A DNA stretch of 45,274 bases from Octopus bimaculoides (GCF_001194135.2 NC_069002.1:35451143-35496416); one strand, 5' to 3'; shown: positions 1 through 12,460, counted from the stretch's first letter. Numbers and translations are program-made. The notes: a model not told the origin generated them from the sequence alone.

Positions 1-67
1 TATATATATGTATGTATGTATGTACATATATATGTATCTATGTATATATATGCTTGTATGTATGTAC

Positions 68-346
68 GTGTGCAACCATAAATTTGTTGCTATGCATACG
101 TCTGCGTTTTTTTTTCTGTGTATGCGCGCGCGTGCGTTTGTGTGTGTGTGTGTTTGCGTGTTTGTGTGTGTGTATGGGTGTGTGTGTGTGGGTGTGTGTG
201 TTTCGCGCGCGAACACAGATTAAGAGAAGGAGGCAGTCAGAGAGATAATCAGACGGAGAGACAGACCGTCGGAGTGGGAGACACAATGTGATAGAGGTTT
301 GTAAAGGAAATAGAAAGAATTTCTTTCAAAAAGTATTCAGGTAGAA
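68..346. repeat. Left arm of a long imperfect inverted repeat (partner 1616-1843)
   Basis: Blocks such as TTTGTTGCTATGCATACGTCTGC, GAGAGACAGACCGTCGGAGTGGGAGACACA and AAATAGAAAGAATTTCTTTCAAAA align by eye to the reverse complement of 1616-1843. Confidence 0.85.
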
Positions 347-755
347 TTATTCATGTGTGAAAAGGAAAGAAAATATCGAACTATTTCTGGGTGTGTGAGT
401 GTGTGTGAGAGCGCGTTGGTGTGAACGTTATATCAATATGTGATACGATATATCGTTACGTGTACATGTATGTGTTGGAGCGCTCGCTCGCGCGTATGAT
501 ATATGTGTGCGATGGCGTATTTCTCAGTAAACGTATTTGCGTGTGTCCGTTCTCGAGTGTGTGGGAGTGTCTGCAGAAAACAGAAGAACGTAATGTTGTA
601 TTATGTAGTATTTCTTTGTATATAATAAACTTATTTAAATATCAATCGTACAATCGAACGCTGTATCTAGGTATAAGAAAACAAATGTTATATAGAAAAT
701 TACAAGATATAACTATATGTGTGTGTGTATGTATACATTGATATGTATGTATGCG

Positions 756-795
<40 letters not shown>

Positions 796-805
796 NNNNN
801 NNNNN

Positions 806-848
<43 letters not shown>

Positions 849-1183
849 TTGTAATGGTAGTATATGCATATTTCAAGAATTTTTTTGCTTTCATCAGTAC
901 CACGTATCCCAAACTACTGCAAGATTAACCTTGACATTTGATTAGAATTAATCTCTCCTTAGAACACTGCTCTACTACAGAGAGGCGAATACTCCATATT
1001 TTCTCAAAAATATTTTCACTATTTCTCCTCAAACAACGTTTAAAACATATATCATTTAAGTTGTCTTAATGTAACCTTCATTTTTCCGTATATATCATTC
1101 ATTTAATTCTACCAAAAAACATCCCAGCCTCATTATAATTCCACCCTATCCAATAGCCTGACCGGAAAAGCATTATAGGCTAA

Positions 1184-1375
1184 GTGTGTGTCTGTCCTTG
1201 TCCCCTCTACCATCGTTTGATATCGTATGCTCTTGGCAAAAGAGCCCAAGAGAATAAGTACCAGGAATATGTCCCGGAGTCGATTTCTCCGACTAATACC
1301 CTATAAGGTGGTGCTCCAGCATTGCCGCAGGCAAATGATTGCAAGTAGTAAGAGAATAAAAGAATAACAGAATAA
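1184..1375 (+). mobile_element. SINE type B, 3' portion with tail
   Basis: GAATAAGTACCAGG...GAGTCGATTTCTCCGACT...GGTGGTGCTCCAGCATTGCCGCAGG followed by an A-rich end; same tail as 12402-12440. Confidence 0.75.
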
Positions 1376-1615
1376 CCAACAAGAAATTCCCATCTGCGGA
1401 CTGAGTAAAGACGCAAGGTAAAAATTACAATTGCCAGTTTTGTCATAAACGCTACATACAATAGTCGTATTTGTATTAACAATCTTAACATATAAATATT
1501 CGTGCGACCATTCCTAGTCACTTCGAGATCTTCCAGATATATTTCCTCAAGAACATATTCAAAGTAATTGCTCTTAATATCATTGAGAGTCGTTTCACTA
1601 AAGCAATCTTTTTCT

Positions 1616-1843
1616 TTCTACTTGAATACTTTTGAAAGAAATTCTTTCTATTTTCTTTATAAACTGCCATCAATATGTGTCTCCCTCTCCGACGCTCTGT
1701 CTCTCTGTTTTATGATTTCTCTTGTCTTCTTCAGTTAATCCGTGCACATACACATACGCACACACAACGACACATGCACACACGCACGCAAATATACAAA
1801 CAAATGCAGACGTAAGCATAGCAACAAATATATGCTCGCACAC
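1616..1843. repeat. Right arm of a long imperfect inverted repeat (partner 68-346)
   Basis: The reverse complement reads TTTGTTGCTATGCTTACGTCTGC...GAGAGACAGAGCGTCGGAGAGGGAGACACA...AAATAGAAAGAATTTCTTTCAAAAGTATTCAAGTAGAA. Confidence 0.85.
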
Positions 1844-1886
<43 letters not shown>

Positions 1887-1900
1887 CATACATACATACA

Positions 1901-1932
<32 letters not shown>

Positions 1933-1982
1933 CACTTACATGGAGATATAGGTATATTTTTATATATGTATATTAGTATGGA

Positions 1983-2047
<65 letters not shown>

Positions 2048-2074
2048 CACGTTCCATGACACGGTCCATACACA

Positions 2075-2650
2075 ACTCTGATACACCTGGAAAAGATGCC
2101 TGGACGATTGCTTTGTTTTATGGCAGGAAAACACTGACAAGTTAACTGAATTCAAAAACATGATAAACAACCTCAGCAATAACATCCAATTCCTAATGGA
2201 GTTTAATCCAAACACGAGATGGGAAACTACAAACGGACATATTCTACAAACCCACCGACTCCAAACAGTACCTTCTTTCTGCATCATGCCACCGGAAATT
2301 CACCAAACTCAGTATTCCCTTCAACCTGGCGAAACGAATTTGTGCCATAGTATCAGAACCCTCCAAACGTAACCAAAGACTAGAGAAACTGAAGGACACA
2401 CTTGCCCAAAGAGTCTTCCTCCTGGCATAATCACCATCGGAATATACAAAGCGAAACAAATGAATATCGATGAACTTAGGGAAAATTAAAGCAAGAGAAA
2501 TAAAAATGTCTTACCATTCGTGTGAACGTTCATTCGCAAAAACCTCTACATCTTATTTGCAGATGAAAAAACGAGAAAGATTTTCGAAAACCAACAAATC
2601 CTCAAAAGCAAAAGGCAACCGAAATCACTAAAATTCCTTCTCACACGTAC
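2075..2650 (+). pseudogene. Penelope-like retroelement (PLE) reverse transcriptase fragment, frameshifted
   Basis: Manual translation gives [31 protein letters not shown] (decayed YxDD motif). After a frameshift it reads TDIFYKPTDSKQYLLSASCHRKFTKLSIPFNLAKRICAIVSEPSKRNQRLEKLKDTLAQR, then NVLPF and ILKSKRQPKSLKFLLT, typical of the PLE RT thumb and linker. Confidence 0.9.
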
Positions 2651-2798
2651 ACACAGGTGGTCACACTCAAAAGAATACATCTAACCGAAACAACAATCCT
2701 AATTCTTTTTTCAACAAGAGAAAATCGTCACAGCATACACACCCATCAACATTTTTCAAATCATATTGAAAGGACATTCAACACACTACACACACACA

Positions 2799-2842
<44 letters not shown>

Positions 2843-3046
2843 CACACACACAAACGTGGATGGATGGATGGATGGATGTGTATGTGTGATTTTTATTTGA
2901 CTTTCATTTCAGTTCTTGAGAGTTTTCGAACCGATCGCTAACAAAAGGACGATTCTTTTTAAGTTAAGAGGCTTCCCAGTCTTTGTAAATATGTTGATCA
3001 GTTGGTCTGTTGGCTGAACTGTCGATACAAACAAACACAAAAATAT

Positions 3047-3092
<46 letters not shown>

Positions 3093-3104
3093 ATAAATGC
3101 ATAC

Positions 3105-3260
3105 TACACCACACGCTTCCACACAGTCTCCCTATGTTCCCTCCCAGAGAACGGATCTGGTCGGACAGCATCATATGACATTTGCCCAAGGTACTGCCCA
3201 GTGGGACTGACCTCGAAGCAATGTATTTGCTAAACGAAATTGTTCAGCACAGAACCATGT
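3105..3260 (-). mobile_element. Degenerate SINE type B-like copy
   Basis: GACATTTGCCCAAGGTACTGCCCAGTGGGACTGA matches 33365-33400. Confidence 0.65.
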
Positions 3261-3387
3261 AAAATATATGCATAGATCGATAGATCGATAGATAGATAAA
3301 CAGAAAGACAAATAGAAGATCGTATGGATGGATGAATAGATAGATATATAAACAGAAAGACAGATAGAAGATCGTATGGCTGGATGA

Positions 3388-3422
<35 letters not shown>

Positions 3423-4451
3423 CATACATACATACATACATACATACATACATACATACATACATAGAGAGAGAGAGAGAGAGAGATGCTTTGACTCAGC
3501 AAATAAGTATTGCACATGTTAACAATTGAAAATGTTAAAAATTACTAATGAAAAGATTTAATATTTGAATTGTTAATAAACACAAAGCATTATTAAATAC
3601 AGTTGGAAGGTAAACATCATCATCAATACCAACTACATCATCATCATCAATAACAACAACATCATCATCATCAATAGCAACAACAATAACATCAACAATA
3701 ACAACAACAAAGCCATTAACAAGAACACTACCCACCACAGCAAATATCTTATATAAAATTATAAAAATCTTCCAATTGAAATCATTCTCAGAAAGCAAAC
3801 CAAAGAAAAAATGTTTTCTTGTGTAAATTCTTTTACAGTACAACTCTATATTATTATTGTATATATTCTCTTCCTATTGCGAAGCTTTTTCCTCCATTTT
3901 TTTTCTCATGGGTTTTCTTTTAATTTTATGTTGTAGGTGTTTATTAAGTGTAAATATCTTAGCTGTTCACTCGTAAACTTGCCAATCCTTCCATTCGTCA
4001 TAACTTGCCGATGTTTTGTAGATTGTTTTTTGATTTTTTTATCTTCTCTTCTCTTCCAGTGAAACGTAGCGTTTTAATCGAAAATGGAAAACTCATTCAA
4101 AATAGCGAAAGATTGTGCAAAAATGCTTTGTGGATGAATGTTGTATTGGGGTACGGTGGAGGACATTGTTTACTGAAATGTTTCTTAACTTTTTACTTGT
4201 CTCTAATGCAGAGCAATGTAGACGCTTCGGTGGAGGAATGATAAAGGTATATTTTACAATCAAAGGCTTTCCGGGTTGGATTCTGCTGCACGGTACCCCG
4301 GTTAAGTATCTTCAGGCTTATGAAGACGGTAACTACTTGTACATGTCAACTCTCCCTATAGAGTGAAACTCTAATGGTTTAACTGTATATAGCTTGTAGC
4401 TTTGCCAGGCAAAGAGAAGGCTAAGTTTCAGATAAACAATCTTTAATTCAC

Positions 4452-4602
4452 ACGCAGATATAGCAGTGTGATAAGAAGCTTGCTCCCCAACCACACGGTT
4501 GTGGGTTCAGTCCCACTGCATGGTACCTTGGGCATCTACCTTCTTGTATAGCCTCAGACCGATTAGAGCCTAGTTAGCGGACTTGGTAGACGGAAACAGA
4601 AC
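4452..4602 (+). mobile_element. SINE type B, tRNA-derived head and body
   Basis: A-box-like TAGCAGTGTGATAAG and B-box-like GGTTCAGTCCC, then ACCTTGGGCA...TATAGCCTC...TTGGTAGACGGAAAC. Confidence 0.85.
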
Positions 4603-4616
4603 ATATATGTGCATGC

Positions 4617-4661
<45 letters not shown>

Positions 4662-4895
4662 NNNNNNNNNNNNNNNNNNNNNNNNNNNNNNNNNNNNNNN
4701 NNNNNNNNNNNNNNNNNNNNNNNNNNNNNNNNNNNNNNNNNNNNNNNNNNNNNNNNNNNNNNNNNNNNNNNNNNNNNNNNNNNNNNNNNNNNNNNNNNNN
4801 NNNNNNNNNNNNNNNNNNNNNNNNNNNNNNNNNNNNNNNNNNNNNNNNNNNNNNNNNNNNNNNNNNNNNNNNNNNNNNNNNNNNNNNNNNNNNNN

Positions 4896-4924
<29 letters not shown>

Positions 4925-4926
<2 letters not shown>

Positions 4927-5063
4927 GACGGGCTTCTCTCAGTTTCCGTCTACCAAATCCATTCACAAGCTCTTGTTTGGAAGAAGAGAGTTGCCACGCA
5001 GTGGAACTGAACCCGTAATCATGTGGTTGGGAAACAAGCTTCTTATCACACAGCCAAGCCTGT
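4925..5063 (-). mobile_element. SINE type B, inverted relative to 4452-4602
   Basis: GACGGGCTTCTCTCAGTTTCCGTCTACCAAATCC...GCCACGCAGTGGAACTGAACCCG...AAGCTTCTTATCACACAGCC. Confidence 0.85.
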
Positions 5064-5684
5064 CTTCATTTAATAAGCATACATATAACTTCGCTGTACA
5101 AGTAGCGAATGTGGTCAAAACGAATTATTTTTCACGATGTAGAAGGAAAAGAAAAGCAAATTTAACCGGTACTCCTGTTTTTACAATATTCATTAGGGTT
5201 AATTATGAACGTGTTAATAAAAAAAAGAGCGGGAGAAAAAAAAAAGGGAATTAATTACGTCGCCCTGTCAAATATGAGATGTTAAATTAACACTGATTCT
5301 CTTCATTTGGGTATCTTCTTATTAAGAAGTAGATTGTGGATTCGAATTAATTAACGACAGTGCTAAGTATGTATATTTGTGAATATGTAATAAATTAATT
5401 AATAACAGTATCTTTAATTAACACACAGGTGTCTCTTAGTATACAAGTCATGTTAGACGCTTACAGTTAGTTTTCTGATCGGAGAGATGACCTCGCTGCT
5501 TAAACACTGAAATTGTTTGTGTAGCAAAACTACACGTATAGGTATTAGTTAAAACATATTCGCAAATATGCTAAGTAATTTATTCACAACATATGTCTGT
5601 GCGCGTGCGCATACGTGTGTGTGTGTATTTGCGTATGTAAAACATAAGAGAAAGAGAAAATGGAATTCATAAACTTCTTTATTA

Positions 5685-6060
5685 ATCACTACGATCGTTT
5701 TGACCCATCGGGCATCGGCCCTTCGCTGGTGGAATTCTGTACAACTGTTTCTGGTACGTCATTCGAATATCTGTTCGAATACTTGTACACCAAACCACAG
5801 GTATTCGAACGTACAGGACAATAATGTAAACAAAAATGACGAAATAAAATATACATATACAGGAGAAAAAGAAAAAGCCGTGCGGCCGCAAGACTTGAAG
5901 GTGGAGTAACCTAAAGGAAAATGAAGATGTCGTATTTAACTGGAGAGGCGAGAATTACAGATAGAGGGTCGGAACAAAGGAAGAAGCAAGATATTAGGGA
6001 CGCAAAGAGAGAGAAAGAGAGAGGAAAGTCGGCAAAACAGGAAAAGATAGAGAAAGAGAC
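5685..6060 (-). mobile_element. Probable PLE terminal-repeat remnant with two decayed hammerhead-like motifs
   Basis: The minus strand carries GAAAC-AGTT-GTA (5751-5740) and AAAAC-GATC-GTA (about 5701-5690) in tandem, downstream of a pyrimidine-rich tract and followed by AATAAA. The PLE assignment is inference. Confidence 0.5.
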
Positions 6061-6691
6061 AGAGTAGAAAATAATATTTTAGTGTTGGGTATGTTCCTAG
6101 TAGTACGCGATAAAGCATGTTCACTGCCTATTTCTACCTGACGTTATCCAAGGTAATTGCACAATTGTCGCTCAACTTACCTCATATACATGTATATATA
6201 TATATATATATATNNNNNNNNNNNNNNNTACATACATATATACGCATACACACACTTATGCATATTTTTATACACGGACATATATATATATATACATATA
6301 TATAAACATACACACATACTGACACAAACTTTCTGGCTGTTTTTAAAAATTCCAATAAGCATTAACGATGTTTCGATGCTATTTTGTGCTGCAGATTATA
6401 TGCTTAAAATTTGCCAACTCATATTTTGAGACGCTAAGGCGATTAACGCGTTGTGAAAGTTATTTGGCAAATAACATTTAGCAGATCAAGTGAATATTGT
6501 TGTATAGAGCGGCGCTAATTCAACAAAAATTGATAAAGCATTGTAGCAATGTTAAGTATTGTCTCTTACATCAACTTCGAATCCTAGATATTCGGTGACA
6601 GATTACAGTAGTACCCACAGCTCTTAATGTAGAATGGTTCCTCTGGTCTCGATATAAGAATGCTAATAGTACTGTGTTTGCTGATACGACA

Positions 6692-7073
6692 GTGAAGGCG
6701 CATTGGCCAAGTGATTTGGGCAGCGGACTCGCGGTCGTAGGATCGCGGTTTCGATTCCCAGACCGGGCGTTGTGAGTGTTTATTGAGCGAAAATACCTAA
6801 AGCTCCACAAGGCTCCGGCAGGGGATGGTGGCGAACCCTGCTGTACTCTTTCACCACGACTTTCTCTCACTCTTACTTCTTGTTGTGCCTGTAATACAGA
6901 GGGTCAGCCTTGTCACACTGTGTCACGCTGAATATCTCCGAGAACTACGTTAAGGGTACACGTGTCTGTGGAGTGCTCAGCCACTTGCACGTTAATTTCA
7001 CGAGCAAGCTGTTCCGTTGATCGGATCAACTGGTGCCCTCGACGTTGTAAGCGACCGAGTGCCAACAACAACA
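6692..7073 (+). mobile_element. Near full-length SINE type C with 12-bp target-site duplication
   Basis: tRNA-like head (B-box GTTTCGATTCCC), (ACA)n tail and TSD GCTGATACGACA at 6680-6691 and 7074-7085; homologous to 18244-18628. Confidence 0.92.
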
Positions 7074-8278
7074 GCTGATACGACAAATGTTAGAAAGTCT
7101 ACAGTAAGAAATTCAATAAAGAATTCGAAAACGATTCATTAGAATTCTGGTTTAAGTCCCCCAAGTAACTCCTCATTTAATATAACACATTTAATATACT
7201 ATTTCTGGGATTTAAGTCAAAAATTCGGACTGTCTTTCCTGTATTTTCGATTTCTGAAGTTTATTGATAATTTGAGCTTCCAGTCCTTCACAAATATAAA
7301 TATTCGTTGCATTCACTGCGGAGTAGATTTAGTGAACAATATTAATTCGTTGCAGTCGAAATTTTCCGTTTTCATGTGCAACAGTCTCTCACTCCCTCTC
7401 GCCTCTATTTTCATTAATGATAATTTATTATATATTCATTTCAATCTTTTCATTTCAAGTTTTAATTCGTTATTTGCAAAACCCACAGTTTATTCTATAT
7501 ACGTATCGAAAACATATATATTTATTGAATGACCGAATGCTATTACACAAAATAGTTGTATAACGTTAAGGCTTATTTTTGATAAAAGGAAAACTTTTAA
7601 TATTCCGCTATAATTTAAAAATCTAAAAAATGTTCAAGAAGTAATTTTGTTAGCATGACTCTTTGGAGGTTTATAGTGTTCTCCAGCATGATTTCAACAT
7701 ATAATAATTATGTGATCGCTGCTATTTCTAGCACGATAAACGAGCTAAGGTTACGTTCACGTTTCTTTATATTACAGATATATTACAACTACGACAAATT
7801 ACTGAAAGAAGTATTTACTAATATTTGCTAAGCAAGTGAGATTTTTTATAAATTGAAGTTTGAAGAAAATTTACTTTCTGAACTTCCATTTATTATTGAT
7901 TATTTCAAGCTAAAAATTTTAATATTCGATACAAAATAGTTTGCCATTCTTTCGCTAAAACCCGCAACTTCGTTCGTTTCCGTAAGAATATTTTATTTAA
8001 TGTTTTCGCGCCGTGTTCAGCTCTATGTATTTGTAGTCAGTCTCAGACGCATACGTGTGCTTTGGTATGTCCGCTTGTGTGTGTTTGTATGCGTGAGAGA
8101 GCGAGAGAAAGATGGGAGAAAGAGTGAAGAGGTGTTGTCATGCATACGTACATACATAAATACATATGCATACATCTTTTTGTATGTATCTGTGCACGGG
8201 CGTGTGTGTGTGTGAGTGTTTGTGTGTGTCACAGAAACAATCTGTCATGTCTAAGTGACACTCTCTCTTTCTCTCTCC

Positions 8279-8330
<52 letters not shown>

Positions 8331-8634
8331 CGCTCGCTCGCTCATTTTCCCACACACACACACACACCAACACAATGTGTCTCTGTAAAATAAACACATA
8401 TACACACTCCAGGCTTGAGTAGCACAAAACCGCCCAGAGTGTGGTCCTCCTGCTAGTATATATAATGTGTATACACGCACACACTACACACGCACAAACA
8501 AATGCACACATACACACATATACATATATGCATATACCTGTGTATTTCTGGATATAGATATATAGACATATACACTCACACACGCAAGCACGCACACACA
8601 CACACATACACACACACATACACACACACACACC

Positions 8635-8694
<60 letters not shown>

Positions 8695-9817
8695 TATAGA
8701 TAGATAGATAGATAGGTTAGGAAGAAGTGTGTTTGTGTATAAAAATATAAAGATATGTGTGTGTGTCTACATATATACACATAGCTATGTATACATGTGT
8801 ATGAACATTAACAAATATATTCATACATACGTAGTTGAATGCATACGTATTTACGCGTGCACTCACGCACACACATGCGCACACAGACATACACGCACTC
8901 ACACAAACTTCCGCTATTTCAGAATTTGATTTTCCCCTTCCATTTTGTTTTCTAATATTATTTCCTCTTTCAACTCTTTTCATATCAAAAAGAAAAAAAA
9001 AATCAGCAACATAGATTGATATCGTTTTGACCTCTGAGAACTTTGATATCATTTGCAATTTTTCTTTTTTCTGTTTTGTGTATCAGGCATTTTTTTTGTT
9101 ACTTATTCTTTATTATATGCTGCTCTTCATACTTCTCTGCTTTTGTTTTGTTTTTTCTATTTCCAAATTATTATTTTATAGCCTGACCTCTATATAACCA
9201 TAATTTTGCTTAAAATTTTCTGTTCCATTCTTCTTCTTGGTTTCGTTGCCGTTATTATTGTTGGCCTTTTGTTTTTGTTTTGTTCTTACAGTAGTTGAGT
9301 GATTATTGTTATTTTCTTTCGTATTCTATCATCATAGATATTTTTTATATCGTCTTGGTTTTTCAAAACTTATTATTAACGTTCATAATTCTCTACACTT
9401 TTGTATACAGTCATACATTTTATAAATTTCTTTCACACTGTCTTTTTCTCAAAATCTGCCTCTGTTTCTCTCTGTTTCTCGCGGTCTCTCCACATCTCTC
9501 TCTCTCTCTCACCTTTTATATATATATATGTATATATATATAAAACAAATAATAAATGAGTATATGCATATATACGTATAGGCGTGTGCATACCTACGTC
9601 TACCTGTATATATAGGTGCATATCTGGGTACAGGACATTGCAAACAAAACGTAGACAAAAATAATAATAACCAGAGTACAGAACACACACAGGCCACATA
9701 GAAAACATTTTTCTTCATCAGCTACCCCCTGCGTGTATGTATGTGTGTGTATGTGTGAGTGCACGTCACAGACATATATATATTTAAACTACCTATATAT
9801 ATATATATATACATACA

Positions 9818-9850
<33 letters not shown>

Positions 9851-10042
9851 GTGCGTGCGTGTGCGTGCATGTATGCGTATATATGATTTTTACAAATTTT
9901 GAACTGTTTGAAATCTTTCAAATTCTCGTAATCCAGACCCTTGTTCCTGCAACTGCTCTCAGATTATTGAGTATCCCTTTGTTTCCTGTATTCGTATATT
10001 CTTTATGCATATACAAAAATTCACTCACATATATATATATTT

Positions 10043-10090
<48 letters not shown>

Positions 10091-10449
10091 GCAAGTATGT
10101 GCGTATGTATGTATGTACATGTCTATATGTGTGTGTATTTAATCATAAATATATGTATCTATATATGTTTATATACATGCAGGTATTTCTCTGTATATGT
10201 ATTTGTATATCTTCGTCTTATTTGGATCTTTTTATATCGAAACTACATCGCTACACTCACTTAAACTTTCTGTTCTCACAACATGCAATGTGCGCCTGCT
10301 ATCGTGTACATATATTTTATAGAGACCTATTTGCATACATATGTACAGCAACTCTGAATTTCATTATATATACCTATAGATATACAAATGCATATAATAG
10401 AAAAGTATGTAGATATTTGGATGGATATGTGTATCTACCTATCTATATA

Positions 10450-10499
<50 letters not shown>

Positions 10500-10988
10500 T
10501 GTATTTATAAAGAGACCAATGCACAGATCCATAATGGCTGCAATTTCACTTTGAGGAAACACATCTCTTGATTGTTCTCTGAAAATTCATTAGATGTGTT
10601 TTTCTTTTTATTTCTGTTTGAGATCTTCATCATTTTTGCATAATTAATGGTGTGGCAACATGCACGTATGGATATCCATCGACCATTGATAGCGTGTTTG
10701 AATATCCAGGACTCAAGATACACTTTCAGCTTCATAAATATTATTGTTGGAGTTACAGAATACTTATCAGTATGGCTGGACTTAGAGTCTTCGGGACAGG
10801 ATGCGAATATTTAATTCATACGCTCCAAATGATCGTGACATCGGGGATTGTATAAATCTTTAAGACCTTAAGTTTTATAGAACGATGTTTTCTGTTTCCT
10901 TTCACAAACTTGTTACGAAGCAGGCGGTCGGACAAAATTTACTGTAAATTAAAAGGAGAAAGAGAAGAACATACATACATACATGTAT

Positions 10989-11285
10989 TGGCACTCCGTC
11001 GATTACAACGACAAGGGTTCCAGTTGACGGAACAGCCTTTTCGTGATATTAACGTGCAAGTGGCTGGGCATTTCACACACACGCGTACCCTTCAACTAGT
11101 TCTTAGAGAGATTCATCGTGACGCAGAATGCGATAAGGTTGGCCCTTTGGAATACAGGTACAACTCATTTTTGCTAGCTGAGTGAACTGTAGCAATGTAA
11201 AATAAAATTCCTTGCTTAGGATATAGCGCACCGCTGGGAATCGATCTGAAATCCTTACGAATGTGAGAATACCCTAACCACATAC
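10989..11285 (-). mobile_element. SINE type D (different head, same 3' half as type C)
   Basis: 10989-11150 is the reverse complement of the type C 3' half (CACTTGCACGTTAAT, AACTGGAACCC, GACGGAGTGCCA). 11160-11285 is a different tRNA-like head. Confidence 0.85.
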
Positions 11286-11832
11286 ATAAATATATACATG
11301 TTTGCATACATAACAACATTTCCCAGCATTTTGTTTACGATGCACAACACCGCTGAAACATTCTTGTTTAAAACACGTATTATCTATATATTACGTAGCT
11401 ATGTTAATATATTTATGTTCTATATCTGTAAATCCTACCTCGTGAAAATATAATCTAATATTTCTGTTGTAGAAAAATATTTGACATGTAGAAAAGTATA
11501 TTTTTTATTTCAACTTACATATATATAATTCTCTAATAAAAATATTTATCTCCTACATGAAAAATTTAATTTTTTTTTATTCCAAGATATCTATATTTGT
11601 TCAAAAAGTTATCGCAATTTCAAGCCTGTCTTATTATTTTCCCCAAAAATATATATATATGGATATGTAGTAATAATAATTCAACCTTAGATGGAATTTA
11701 TAAATATCTTAATACATTACTACGCGCGTTTGCAGGAATCACATGTTTCTTAAGATCATGGTCTGTATTACTGGAATTGTAATAGTGCAGTCCGTAGTAT
11801 CCATGAACATCACATATTTTATTATTAACCTT

Positions 11833-11968
11833 GGCATGGTTGTGTGATAAGAACCTTGTTTCTCTAACCATGGGGTCAGGGGTTCAGTAACCCTGCGTGA
11901 CACTTGGGACATGTGTATCTTACTACAGCCGCGGGCCGATCAAACTTTTATGGGTAGATTTGTTATAG
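11833..11968 (+). mobile_element. Degenerate SINE type B head/body
   Basis: GGCATGGTTGTGTGATAAG...GGTTCAGTAACCCTGCGTGACACTTGGG...TACTACAGCCGCGGGCCGA. Confidence 0.75.
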
Positions 11969-11974
11969 TTATAT

Positions 11975-12249
11975 ATGGCTCTGTGGTAAGAAGCTTGTTT
12001 CCCAACTACATGGTTTCGGGTTCAATCCTACTGCGTGGAACCTTGTACAAGTGTCCTCTACTGTAGCCTTCGGCAGAACAAAGCCTTGTGAATGGATGTG
12101 GTAAATGGAAACTGAATGAACCCGAAAGGATAAAAGGAAATGTTGACCTCGGCGGAATTTGAACTCAGAACGTAACGTCAGACAAAATACCGCTAAGCTT
12201 TTCGTCTGGCGTGCTAACGTTTCTACCAGCTCGCCCCATCGTATATGTA

Positions 12250-12307
<58 letters not shown>

Positions 12308-12460
12308 CGTGTGTATGTGGAGTGATGTATCTTTGAGTTTTTGTTTGGTCCCGGTCACTGTTTGAAAGACGAAATCGATATGTTTCACTAAAACCCTTCA
12401 AGGCGGTGCCCCAGCATGGCCACAATCAAACGACTGAAACAAGTAAAGGAAGATAAAAGA
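11975..12460 (+). mobile_element. SINE type B interrupted by a type A copy; internal (GT)n and 3' tail
   Basis: Head at 11975-12124; resumes at 12239 with TCGTATATG(GT)n; tail GGCGGTGCCCCAGCATGGCCACAATCAAACGACTGAAAC at 12402-12440. Confidence 0.85.
12121..12236 (-). mobile_element. SINE type A, 5' part, nested antisense in a type B SINE
   Basis: The minus strand reads GGCGAGCTGGTAGAAACGTTAGCACGCC...GTTCTGAGTTCAAATTCCGCCGAGGTCAAC...CCTTTCGGG; homologous to 35372-35578. Confidence 0.88.

Noticed and set aside
8430-8457. Possible Helitron 3' end (small hairpin followed by CTAG-T)
   Set aside because: The hairpin is only 4 bp with a wobble pair and no 5' end is identifiable.
10622-10855. Open frame DLHHFCIINGVATCTYGYPST...
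   Set aside because: Needs a rare GAG acceptor and has no recognisable motif.
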